DNA of 64,000 nucleotides from Strigamia acuminata (taxonomy: Eukaryota), in contig OX442314.1 of assembly GCA_949358305.1 (NCBI GenBank), positions 19,096,001 through 19,160,000 of the forward strand. Direction: 5' to 3'. The notes beneath the pieces were generated by a model, which worked only from the letters and a program-made list of their open reading frames with translations, was not told where the DNA came from and ran no database searches. The position numbers were made by a program, and so were the translations under genes. Shown one piece after another: positions 28,601 to 40,900 of the stretch (positions within the stretch are counted from its first letter, which is position 1; the number at the start of each line of letters is the position of its first letter).

Positions 28601-31600
28601 ATTTTCAATTCAGCCGTCGCTGATTTGGTCAGTATTCAAAGGTATTCAACGCTTTAAATTGACAAATTGTCTCGCCCCGACTCATTTTATTCCGTGCTTA
28701 ATTTCCTTCCCTTGTGTGACAACTAATGCATATACCACACCACGACTTACAAGAAATTATATTGATTAAATTTCTTATTTATGTGGAGGTTTGAAAACAA
28801 AGAATAAAAAAAACTTGTCTGCCACCACCCAAACAGCGCCTCATGCATTTCATCAATAATTAATGATGTCACTCAAAGGACCTAATAGCCAAAGAGTTAA
28901 TTATAGAATGCAAAGACTTTCCTTGGACACAATGGAGCAGCAAACACTAATTAACCAACTCTATGGACATGTTAATTACTTCATTAACAAATTGGCTGCA
29001 CTGGCCAAGAGGACAAGAGTGTACAAGTGGGGTGTGGTTTTATATGTGATGCGAAGGCACAGTAATTCAAAGTGACCATTCTAAGTGTCTTAGGGTTTAA
29101 CCAACTTCTCTAACGAGTTTGTTTCCAACAAAAAAAATTATTTACCAACTTTGAAGTCTTCATTTCAAGTCGAGACCTAATTTTAAAAAAAAAAATTTAA
29201 AAAAAAGTCGAGTTAAATGTGTTTACATATGTATATGTCAATGCATTCACACTCTGTGAAGTTTTCTTACATTCCCCCAGACTTTCAGCAGCTTGTCGCA
29301 ATGACTCATTCACAAGGGAGAAATATAATAACTTCCATTGTCACCTAGTCATCCTACTGCCAACTTGTGCCCCCTAGCTGTCAATAACCTAACTACACTT
29401 GTGATGGCCCTTGCCATTGATAACTTGCATAGCATTCTAGACAGCCATCGATAAGAAGGGAATTAAATTCTGCCCATAGTTTGAAATTCCATCTCTGGCA
29501 GTTCTAATTAAAATATGATCACATGGGACTGACAGCCCACTCCCCCTCGTGCTGACCCACCTAGGGTGACAAAAAAAATGCAAGACTACTGGTCATCCAT
29601 CACAGGATATGTCAAAGGCGCTCTTAGGAACCACTCAAGCATCTAGTCTTGTGCTTTGCTTTCCCACTTAACTGATCACAAAAATGTTGGACTCCTGGGA
29701 CAGAGTTGGCAAAGCACTGGATAAGATTGTGGCTTTTCTTGGCACTAAGACTTGCTTTTTAATACATATATCAAACAGGGATTTACAAATTTAGTAAATT
29801 TTAATTTTTTTATTTAAATTTAAAAAAAAAAATAAAAAAAAAATATTTAAAAAAAAAGTCGAAAAAACAAACGAAAATCCTACGAGATGAATGAAAGCAA
29901 TTTAATGATGTTTTTTCTTTGTTACATTTATTTCCAATTGGCTATAAACGCACAAAAGTGTAAAGATTTCATTCTTTATGAATGTCTTCCCTCGTCTCCC
30001 CCAATTTCTTTTAAGAGAAAAGCTTTAAAAATTAAGGTCTCAATTTGAAGAGGACACTAAATGAAAAGCTCAACTACCATTAGGCCTATCACCGGAATTC
30101 AATTGTAGTGTCAACTGACATTTGTCATGTCAGAGTTAAGCGATAAAGCCAGGCGACTTACCCTTTTCTCCAAAATTATGACTTCCTGAATTCCACCTCC
30201 TCTGAACAAAGCGCCATAAATCAAGCGGAAATGTTGTCAACTCTCACACCGGAAGTGATGCAATTACAATTCACAAGGCACTGGTTTAATTTTAAGTGCA
30301 TAATGACATAAACATCTGATAATTGCTGCATGAGTAGTAATATAGTTTGATGTTGTGGCCTCAAAGTAATATCACACCACATCAATGATGTTTGACAGGA
30401 AATGGCTTAATGTGCAACTTTTCTTTTCTTTTTGATTAACTGTGGAATTTTCCCTACACTAACTGCTTTGTCGTTATAAATATGGATTACCTAAGTTGCA
30501 TAGTAAAGCATTTATTAGATCCATATAAAGGTGGCGATGACACCTTATAAAATATACAATTTTCTTTCCGTTCCACAGGCCCACCAGAAAAACCAGAGCA
30601 TGCGCAGAAGTAATCACATATCAAACATGGACTGGCGTGTTCGTAACGTAATCTAGACTAAACAGCATTTTAAACAACATATTTAAACTGGTTTTTTAAA
30701 TTGTGTGTCTCGATTTAGTCTGTTTTCAGTCGCAGAGGGCATGCGCACGACATTTTAACAACAAAATGTCTTTAACTAGCTGGATTAAAAAAAAATACTT
30801 GTGTTTTAACAATTTTAGTTTAAGTTTAAATTTTGAGTGTAAAAATTTTAACTATTATATAAAACTGGCAGCACGAATTACTTATTTATTGGTCACATCA
30901 TTGGGGTTACAGATTACTTCACTGGGACATCATTTTTGTTTTAAAATTGAAGTAAAACACAAAATATTTTAATTTTTGAATGCAGCTACTGCAAGTTAAA
31001 TATGACTTTATGAATGCTCCTAGTGTACGCTTGGCTGGAAATTGAAAATAAAACAAGCCTAAATTTTCCATCTCCTTCGTTTCCAATGCCCAAATAGAAG
31101 AAGTCCAATATTATCTCCTTTAATGAACAAACCATAAATCCCATGGCATAAAAGCGTCATCAGTCACGTTAAACGATGGCTTCACGTTAACTAACTTTTA
31201 AGAAACACATTTTTCTTTCAATTCTTACTATTTATGTTTCACTTTACACATTCCCTTCACACACAAATCACAACCCCGCGCAAACTACAAGTAATAAATC
31301 CAACCCTTTAACACTCGTGCCTTAACAAAATTAAACTTTACACCCTCCGACTCAGTTAATCATGCAATTTTTTTCAATGACACAATTGTCACTTTCAATC
31401 AACTCAACCCTTAATTTTTTCTTCCCACAATCCCCTTTTCCTCTATTAACCCCCTATGACTCAATCTAGCCAATGACTGTTTTTAGGAATGGAAGGGTAA
31501 AGCTGAGCTTGGATAATGACCCTTTTTTTTTATTCGCTTCTCACTCTTCATTGACTATTGTTTTTAAGCTGAGTGAATAAAAAAATGTTATCTCTTCAAG

Positions 31601-32032
31601 CCAGAACGTGGGGATTAAATCACTTTTTTTTTGTTTTTAATAATACGTCTTTTAGGAAGGAAGTTTTGGTTAACTGACATTTTTTTCTCCAACATTTTCC
31701 CGTCTTTTTGCGATGGGTGAATGATTCATGGGGTGTTATCGTTCCGATTTGTAGCTGCACAAAAAAGAAAGGGATCTAGAAGAAATAAATTTTATGTGCT
31801 GGATTTTTGCATTTAAAAAGTCATTCCTATTTGAATTATAGGCGCAGCGTTAATAACCGTTGAAAAACAATAGAATGAATGAAAGGAAAATAAATTTGAT
31901 TTGATTCATTTAAAAATAATTAAATGATAACAATAGCAGTCTTATTTCTTGTTTTTCCAATCACTAGGCACAAAAACCTACATTGTATTAACGCTTGGCG
32001 CGTCGTGTCAGTAGCACCAGTACAATCGGGCG

Positions 32033-32066
32033 TATAAAAATTACGACCGGGAACTTCCGGTCAGCT
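32033..32066 (+). promoter_or_regulatory. TATA box plus Inr-like core promoter of the gag-like gene, containing a kappaB-like decamer
   Basis: TATAAAAA at 32033-32040. The A of TCAGCT is at 32063, 30 nt after the first T of TATA (canonical spacing). GGGAACTTCC at 32049-32058 fits GGGRNYYYCC. Confidence 0.55.
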
Positions 32067-32105
32067 TCCACGAGCCTATCAGAAAGGGAAGTAGCATCAT
32101 CCACT

Positions 32106-32118
32106 TGGGGTCGGAAGT
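32106..32118 (+). other. Decayed tRNA-Leu-type primer-binding site (PBS)
   Basis: TGGGGTCGGAAGT matches 11/13 of TGGTGTCAGAAGT(GGGAT), the complement of the tRNA-Leu(CAA) 3' end. It lies 2 nt after a CA (32102-32103) and upstream of the gag ATG. Confidence 0.4.
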
Positions 32119-32190
32119 TAATCTTAACCAATCGAACTTCACAGCTCAGGAGACGAACAGAACCACGAACTACACCCAACACGAAAAACA

Positions 32191-33225
32191 ATGATGGAAT
32201 TCATAAACAGAGCTACCGATAACGACATTTTGAGATCAATGAACGTAAGAATGATCAAACGCTTCACCATAGAAGAGCTGCGCAAAGAATGCGACGACCG
32301 GAACCTCGAAATACCGACTGGGGCGGAAAAGGAAGACCTAGTGATCGTCTTATTGTTGGACAACGCGGGCACCGCACTAAAAAACACCGGAATTTCGACG
32401 AATTCAGAAATAAATACGTCAGGACAATCGGACGAATTAATAAAACTTCTGACGCTATTAACAGTGCACGTAGTAAACAGTAAACCACAACCAACAGTAC
32501 AGATCATACACGAAGTCGACTCGGCAAAATATCTGACGCCATTTTTCGGAAACAACACGGATGACGTGTGGCGATTCATAAAAGAAATAGACTACGCTGC
32601 GGAGTTGGGAAATTGGTCGGAAAACACTAAATTGTTTCAGGCAACAGTTTTGCTAAGGGGTCACGCAAGAGACTGGTATCACATAGAGGGAATTCGAATT
32701 ATAAAATGGGACGAGTGGACGAAATCAATTAAAAAATTCCTGGAAGGAAACGAAACCTTTATGGAATGGAATAAACGAATGGCCGCCAGAATACAAAACC
32801 GAGGAGAAAGCGTATGGGAGTACGCATCATCAAAATTTGCTTTAATACATTCATCAAAACGGAACTTCCCGATAACCGAGTCTGATATGATTCGAATGAT
32901 GATCCAGGGGGTCTGGGACCAGCAAATCAGATTCGTACTGCTAGGGTTCCTAAATTATTCGCTAATGGATGTGTTGTCGCACATCCGGAACATCGACGAA
33001 ACAACCACTACACCCAAAACTACCGTAGCAGACTCTGAACCGAAACCAATAGGGTTCGGACGTCAAACAACGAACGACCATCGACGAAAGGGTTTCTCGA
33101 CGCGCGTACAAAACGATCACTACCGACCAGGTGCCAACTTAGCTACCACAAGGTGTTATCGATGCCAAAAATTAGGACACACGACATTTGACTGTCTGCT
33201 ACCCGATACTCGTAAGCAAGTTTGA
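32191..33225 (+). CDS. Ty3/gypsy-derived Gag-like protein, 344 aa, stand-alone (no pol)
   Basis: Longest ORF in the window, intact and GC-richer than its flanks. Capsid motifs are PFFG...DVWRFIKEID...NWSENTKL...LLRGHARDWY...WDEWTKSIKKF and the MHR-like IQNRGESVWEYASSK. A CX2CX4HX4C knuckle, CYRCQKLGHTTFDC, is at aa 322-335 (nt 33154-33195), and a SAP/HeH-like segment at aa 25-55. Confidence 0.9.
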   Translation: MMEFINRATDNDILRSMNVRMIKRFTIEELRKECDDRNLEIPTGAEKEDLVIVLLLDNAGTALKNTGISTNSEINTSGQSDELIKLLTLLTVHVVNSKPQPTVQIIHEVDSAKYLTPFFGNNTDDVWRFIKEIDYAAELGNWSENTKLFQATVLLRGHARDWYHIEGIRIIKWDEWTKSIKKFLEGNETFMEWNKRMAARIQNRGESVWEYASSKFALIHSSKRNFPITESDMIRMMIQGVWDQQIRFVLLGFLNYSLMDVLSHIRNIDETTTTPKTTVADSEPKPIGFGRQTTNDHRRKGFSTRVQNDHYRPGANLATTRCYRCQKLGHTTFDCLLPDTRKQV

Positions 33226-33416
33226 GTATAATCTCGCAATTCCAGACCTTGCTGTCGGACTATGGGGTCTAGAAAACAGTTTGAGGAGTTCTCGTTTGAA
33301 ATTACTAAAATGTTACTATTTATTTCTTAGAATTTTGCTGTATAATACAGTATAAATCGGCCGTTAAATGAATAGTTTAAACGATGATTTATAAATTGTT
33401 CTTTTGGAATGTGTGA

Positions 33417-33620
33417 AATAAAATGTTCAGTTTTGTGTTCATCTTTTCTACTTCCGGTATGTGCTACTTTCTCTGAATTTGTAAACAGAACAAAAAAATT
33501 AAAGTCAATTCTGATTTTTTTTTATGTGAATAATAAATAGTAAACATCTACGGCTTTGTTTGAAAAAAATTATCATTTTTAATGAAATATTTATATCAAA
33601 ATAGGATTCCATTTCGTACA

Positions 33621-33651
<31 letters not shown>
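33417..33651 (+). terminator. Candidate 3' end signals of the gag-like gene (AATAAA motifs and an A29 run)
   Basis: AATAAA near 33417 and at 33532-33537; genomic A29 tract at 33623-33651. Confidence 0.35.
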
Positions 33652-33653
<2 letters not shown>

Positions 33654-36377
33654 CTGAATCATACACTTCTTTTCTACTTCCTACATTATTTTTGCTATAC
33701 CTTACACTACGGTAAATATAACTGAATCCAGTATTTTATTTTGTTTGCACACTATAAAAATGTCACAATTGTGTCATTGCACTAGAGATTTTTTTCTAAT
33801 TTAGATGGACTACTACGTTTACGTTTCTCCCCGATTGGCCTAGTTTTTGTTTTCGTATTTATGATGTCTGGTTTTCTTTCTAAAGACCAGTCTCGAACCA
33901 TTCACATCAAAAGATCGATGGACAGCTAGATTAAAATGCGATTTAATTGTTTTGTTTATCTACTCTAACCGATTCAACAAAACTATTGAAGTACTCCTCA
34001 AAATAATCCAAAAAATTAAAATAATTTTCCACAACTATTCACGAATAAACTCTTTTGCGACATCGAATTCTTCAACGCCAAAATGTCCGATCTGCATCTT
34101 CTTATCCCCAATCAAGCCAAGTTTTTTTTAAATCACAATATAACCCAAATTGTAAGCAATATTTGGAACTTCTCGGGCTCACACTAGGACAACTTGCAAC
34201 ACTAAAGCCTTTGAGTTGTTAAGATCCAAAACCAACATATGTCCACACCATAATATCTAATGCATGTTTAGTGTCCTAACTGACCCAGGATCTCTGACTT
34301 ATAAACCACAAGGCAGCTGGGAACGATGAATAATTAAAGTATTAACGAGTACTTTTTGTAAACAGCTCCTCAACAATGCCTCTTTAAATTATCTTTTCTC
34401 CTTCCTCAGACATTAATTCTATTTATTCTAATCAACAGAAATCCAATAAATCATTCTTTATCAAAACTTGGAAAAACTGTTATCGACAAACACCTAAAGC
34501 ACTTCATTAGCTACAGGACAGAACGCATTCAAGATTAGAAAATAAGTGATGTACATTTGTCAATTGTGGCGCCCTCTATCGACGACAAGTGTCATTGATA
34601 TTTCTAACTCATCAAGCTAAAACAATTACAGGCTATCAGCCACGTCACAGGTTTGTGGAGGAGAAAAAAGGAAACGAGCCTTGGGAATGAATTCTCACCA
34701 TCAATCAAATTATTTACCAGTCTAATTAAAAGACAAATCCTAGTGGAATAACTGAAATGGAAAAAAATATTTTAATGTCAAGGAAAAAACAACTAAAGTT
34801 GTGTGACTTTTATCAAAGTGTTATTAAAATGTCAGCACAAAATTTGACATTTTAAAGAATAAAGTGTAAAACATGAAAAAAAAGAAGAAAAAAAATCTGA
34901 AATGTCACCTTTAATTGCAGTTATTCCAGGAAATTTTCTTTTTTAAAAACTGAAAAAACCTCTAAAAATCCATAAATAAATTAGTTTAAAATGTTTAACA
35001 AAAAATATTTGATTAAACCTCATTATATATGCAAAGACAAAAAAATCCTCAAGTTGAAGCAGAATAAAATTAACGCATAGTAAATTATATATAAACTATA
35101 TCGAATAAAATTTATTCCAATCAATTCTATACTTGAACCAAAAGAATTTTTTTTCAAAAAAAGATTTCTCTTGTTTATACCAATAAATGCTCGCTCCAAA
35201 TTAGACAATTGTTGATTTGACTAACTATTGGCAACACTGTATACACCACCAGTCATCTTGTCAGCAACAGAGCACTTAAAAAGTGAATAATTCATGAGTA
35301 TGATAAATTATGCATCAAATTAATAGCAAGCACCGAGAGCGAGCGAGTTCAGCTGCATATTATGAAAACCAAGTGAAATATCACAAATTACCAGATTTTT
35401 CACTCATTATTTATGCAATCTTGGGTATTCACCCAACTTCCTTAACACTAATTTTAAATATTAACACTAGGGGTTCAGTATTCAAAAATCTGTTTTGCAC
35501 ATTTCAATTACCAAATTACTCAAGTTAAAATAAATTACAAAATTTCGATTAAATTAAACACTCACCCCTATTACAATCATTTCATTCCACGAAATTAAAT
35601 CATAACCTATTAATCAATAACACTGCAACCTTAAATGGACACTCTTCAACTCTATCAATTTGTAAGAAAACAAAAAAATACTAAATCAAACGGCTCTCAA
35701 TTAATTACTTTACTCACACCAGAACCAGTGAACGATTCCATAAGTAGTGGTCAGCACTTGACAGACAGATAGATGGACAAGCTGCCATCTTGCTAGGGGT
35801 ATATGAGTCACTTGTCCACCAATGACAGAATACACGTCCCCCATTCGGCCATTAGAGCTCAGCTAGCCACCCTTGGCCTGTCATTAATGATGGCTTTCAT
35901 GAATGTTATCTGGCAAGTCCAGGTGATGAACTCGGAGGCGCATTTTTATCCGAGTGTCAACTGACGCTCTCCCAGTGATAAAATTCCATCAGGTTAATAA
36001 TAATGAGTTTTTCTTACGTACATTTGTTATTATATTAATATTCCCGGTATTATAGAACGATGTAAAACTACACTCGAAATACTTTCTTACACCATTCACC
36101 GTAAGTTGAATACCGATGTGATGTTTAATGTGTTAATTCAGTGAGTATAAAATGTAAATGCAATCATTACTCGAATTAGTGTCACATCATGAAGTTAAAA
36201 GGTCACATTAACTAGTCAAAATGGCCCTTCGGCTGAGTTTGATGGAATTGAAGTTTAGACATTAACCTAATAACCTGTATGCACAAATTCCTCAACATTC
36301 AAAACAAACATGTGCCGTGTTATTAATTTAATTCGTCACTTTTGCTAAGTCGCATTTTATTTCTGTAGCAGAGAGTT

Positions 36378-36825
36378 AACATGTTTATATGTTACTCGGT
36401 TATCTAGATCCGAATTTTACTTTTCTGGAAAACTAAATTCCAGTTGTACAAGGTATATTTTGGGCGTTTTGCGCATTGCCAACTAGATGTAAACACCTAT
36501 GCATGCGTTAAAGTGCCTTGCTGACCGTAATATTTCATACCCCTTATTAAAAATGGCACCAATTATAAACAAAAGTGATATATTCCTTTGTTTAATAACA
36601 AATTCTCGCTTTTGGGAGAAGTTACATGAGCTAAATTTGATTTGTTTAGAAGCTGAAATAGATCTACAACCATTTTGTTGTTCCATAATCAAAATGCATT
36701 ATGGGTAATTCACACATGACGTCAGGTTTACCAGAAAATTAACATCATGTAAATACACGATTAACTGGATAAATAAAATCCGAATTTTCACTTATTTGGA
36801 AAACTGTTACCATGTAAACGTAGTA
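36378..36825. mobile_element. Possible old MITE with degenerate TIRs
   Basis: The right end GTTACCATGTAAACGTAGT resembles the inverse of the left end ACATGTTTATATGTTAC. ATCCGAATTTT(C)ACTT.T.TGGAAAACT occurs twice (about 36408 and 36777). No clear TSD. Confidence 0.3.
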
Positions 36826-37504
36826 AACGTATCATTGTTTTTCCCGAAATTCTCCATTTGAAAATGATTTTCCCACCACGTAAAACAACAACTTTCCCGA
36901 CGTTTCGTGAAAAATGAAATCCACTGGTTTGTGGTGAAATATTCCTCAGAGCATTAGATTTTATCTCATTAGAAGTTTTTAAAGAATAAAAATAACGACA
37001 AAAATTTATGTATTCTATTCTATTGTCACCCGAACAGTATTTAATTTTTAATTAATTACCACCTTGCTCTTAATTGCAAAACAAAGAGCAAATAATGTAA
37101 TTACAGAGCTAAAATGTGATTGGTAAATTAAATAAAATTCTCGTTGTTTCTACCTATACCATAGCCTCACGCTTTTAAAGTTAGTGAACTTTCAATTGTT
37201 CCTTTTAATTTCTTTCAGAATTTAAATTTTAAAAATAAATTTCCACTTTATAAAATATTATCGCCTTTCAATTTATAACGACTTGTTTATATAGGGTTAC
37301 CGTAATTGCAGCACATTTACAATTGCCATTAAATGCTTTATGACCATCATAAACAAACTAATATCCGCCTGTAAAAGTAATAATTTTATTTATACTTAAA
37401 AGTTTCAATTATCATTTCGTAGAAACTTGTATCAACTATAATCCAATTTGGTAAACCAGTAGTAACACAACATAAACTACGCCATACAGAATACGTTTTT
37501 GATA

Positions 37505-37987
37505 ATGCAGTTGCCTTTAGTCTGCATTTTTTCCATTCTCTTGTGCGCAATTCAATCGGCAAATGGCGATAAAATAGAGGATTTTATAAACTCACCGACG
37601 GCAAATATAGAACAAGTAGTCACTTTACTGACAACGAATATTTTTGATGCAATAGAAGAAGGCATGAAAAGTGACAAAGAAAAATACAAAGATTTAGAAC
37701 CATTTATAACGAACGCCAAGAAAAATCTAATAACATTATTCACTTCCAACATTGACTATTTAGTACGGAATCTTATAGAATATTCTCGGAATAACATTGA
37801 CAGTGCTTTAGTTCTACGGAACATTGCGAAAAAATTCCTACTCGAGTGGAATTTGAAATTCGAAGATATGGAAGATATATATCGTAATGTCGCCAATGGT
37901 ATACAGTTTCTGCAATTTATGTTCAATAATTACAACGTCATCAATCAATTGAACGCGAAGAACAATTCGCTTCAAGTACTTAATTAA
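37505..37987 (+). CDS. Intronless putative secreted protein, 160 aa, unknown family
   Basis: ATG at 37505 (the track's start at 37499 is a TTG). Signal-peptide-like N-terminus MQLPLVCIFSILLCAIQSANG|DK. The composition is protein-like, with balanced D/E/K, unlike the noise ORFs. AATAAA follows at 38002-38007. Confidence 0.7.
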   Translation: MQLPLVCIFSILLCAIQSANGDKIEDFINSPTANIEQVVTLLTTNIFDAIEEGMKSDKEKYKDLEPFITNAKKNLITLFTSNIDYLVRNLIEYSRNNIDSALVLRNIAKKFLLEWNLKFEDMEDIYRNVANGIQFLQFMFNNYNVINQLNAKNNSLQVLN

Positions 37988-40900
37988 ATATATGTATCAA
38001 TAATAAATTTCTAAATAAATAAGTTGGGAAAAAAACAAAACTAAATATTTATTCTTCCGTCTGTCTTACCACAATTGAATTTATGCCCGAAGTAAAAGTT
38101 ACTTCTCAAGTTCACGTGCAAACTACCGAACCAAACACAACCAATCACATTCTTAATTCGTCGGAAATGAATCACTAGACCAGCGGTCTGCGCCCTAGCT
38201 TCCTGCTTGTCATCCCTGTTTCACGCCTGGTCACTTCCGGCAACTACAGAAAGCCCTTCGTGATCCAACACTCTTGTCACGTGCACATCAAACCCTCCTC
38301 GAACGACCACCACCGACAGCAGGTGGTCAGTCAGTCACAATAATAATTGCTATTAAAGGCTAAGTGCGAAAACAAAAATAACTCAACAATCTTTAGTAAT
38401 TTCAATTAAGTAAATTAATAAATCGACAAATACCGACAACCACCGACTCTTAACTTGTGGCGCATGAACCTAACCAGCAAATGGAAGACCTGTGGTTCAA
38501 TTGCGAGTCATTGATTCGTTACTTATTAATAAGAGTTGATGCTTGTCAAATCTGTTCCGCATTGCTAATGAACCATTTCCTTCAGTTTTCAACTAATAAA
38601 TATTTCCACACGATCAACTAATTAATCCAAAACTCGCTAACCCCGCCCCCACATCCCCCCGACCCAAAAAAAAAACGCAATCTTAAGTCTTTGCAAATGG
38701 AAAATTTCCATTACATTATCACTACACAACATTTACGCACCAAACACTTCATCATTTCCTTCTTACTTAAGATATGCTAATCTATATATTCCCCCCCATA
38801 AACCTCATTTCCTTTCAATCTATTCAAATATTTTCCCAAACCCCTTGAACCTGAGCAGGTGACCCGCAGAACGCCTGCAAAATGGCATACATTGTCCAGA
38901 CGAGAGCCCAATATGATGAATCATCACTCGGCCCTCTTCATCCTTCACGTATGTAATCAACTTCTAAGATGCTATCCAAAAACGCGGTCTGGTTCCACGT
39001 GCTCCATACACACACACACACACACTCACATGTGTCGTCCCCCCTTTTTCCATGAGTCAGATATTCCTAACACCACTTTATTACATGCATTATTAATGGC
39101 AAATTGTACTTGCAACCTCATGAGACCTAGAAAGAATTGCAGTAAAGCTATTTGGTCACACTAGTATAGAAGGCGCAAAGATGATAGGCTTCATATATCA
39201 AACCCACCCCCTACACTGAATGCAGATGAGTAAGAGATCCTGACACACTTTAATCTATTCAATAAAGACACCCAAATGAATTCAAAGGTGTAGGCCAAGG
39301 CATATCTTTTAAAATAGAAATGCGGTTCAAAATGTGTGGGAAAAATGGATTAACAGGAAAAAAAATGAGTTTCGAACTGGTGGGCTGATAATATAAAACC
39401 TAGTTTCGATTTCCCACTTTTAATTCCAGTTTAACTAAAATATAATTTAAATTTTCTAAAAGTTAGACGAGATTTATTACCATACGGTTTTAATTCTCCA
39501 TAAAGAGTCATATTTCAAGAATTCAAATTGATTAATTTAGTAAGCACAGATTGCCCTGTTAATTTAATTTAATTTTAAACCAATGTTTAAACTGATTTGC
39601 ACGAATATTCAAACACGATATAAATGCAATAAAATAAACTAAACATTTTGTATTCGCTTCTGTATGACTTCAGCTTATAATTATTATTATTATGTAATAA
39701 AATTAAACAATGGTTTGTTCTTGTGTTGAAAAATTTAAATTCACGTGATAACATTTCCATTTCAAATTAATATTTTTAGCGAAAAACTGTTTAATTATAG
39801 ATAACAATAAATGTTTGAGGAGTTGTTGTAAGCAGGTTCCATTATTTCATCCAGTGGGATTAGGCAAAGAAATTAGTGTGATGGAACACATGAGCGAGTA
39901 GTTCAGCTATTTTCTGGGATTATTGGATGGGTGTTTCACTGCTATTTCATCCTACATTTCATTAAATGCATTCAGCACAGTCAGTCCCCAAGCTGCGCAT
40001 TCATCATTCCATGTGCAATGCATACTTGCAGTGTCAATGGGAGACAGCTTGACTAATCACTAAGCAAAAACTGAAGGGGAGAGAGAATGAGAGAGAGAAG
40101 TTGGAATGTGTGAAATCAACTCCACACATCGGGGAGGTAAATAACAGGCAATTTTCCACCATAGATAATAACATAAATTGAAGACGTTACGCAGTGAAGC
40201 ATGGTAATGATCTAAAGGAGCGATGTTTTCCCATAGATGAATTTTTTCTCTCCTATTTCGACATTGTAATGATACCACTTTGATTTTATGCAATTGATTT
40301 AGCCAATAGCTTCACGATGATACATGCAATCTAATTGTATAATTCTATGACATTACTATATACAATCATTCATAACATGTGTGCATTAAACCATGGTCAC
40401 GAACAAAAGTGATTACTTTTTTTTTAATTAATAAAAAATAGATGTAGACGCTATTTATAAACAATTTATCAACAGCAAAAAAAAAAAATAATAAAGAAAT
40501 AGAAGTAAATATAAAAAATTTCGTTAAATCTTCGAGGGCAATTCATTCACAGGGCACTTCAACAAACCAGCAATTTTATTAACCCTTTCAAATTGGCTCG
40601 GTCAAAGCATGGAGAATTAAGCCTAATTTCCTGTGGGGATCAGCTGACTCACTACCAACCAACTGTCCATTGCAATTAAGTCGGGGGCAAGGCGAGGAGA
40701 ACAGCAGGGGAGCCGCTCTGATGAAGTGTGAGCTCACACCGTACAACTGAAATTGACCAATAAAAATTCTTCTCCAAGCAATAAATCGCTGCAAAATCTG
40801 CAAACACATTTGTTTGTTTATTTTCAGCAGAACAAATCTTCGACAATGAAATCCAAACTTTACATATTGACGAAGGGTGAGGAAAAAAAAAATGAAAAAT

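Noticed and set aside
30162..30201. Possible 40-nt minus-strand micro-exon (CTTTGTTCAG ... GG|GTAAGT)
   Set aside because: The donor is good but the pyrimidine tract is short, so it cannot be told from chance without RNA data.
30791..30971. AT-rich imperfect inverted repeat as a MITE
   Set aside because: Low complexity, with no defined termini or TSD.
31988..32579. ORFs overlapping or antisense to the gag gene
   Set aside because: Shadow ORFs of a GC-richer coding region.
33226..33620. pol continuation by frameshift or readthrough
   Set aside because: There is no long ORF in the track. The open stretch I translated after the stop has no protease motif, and no slippery heptamer was seen.
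33811..36825. 12-bp inverted match TACTACGTTTAC / GTAAACGTAGTA bounding 3 kb
   Set aside because: No TSD or transposase between them, and the right end has a closer degenerate partner near 36378.
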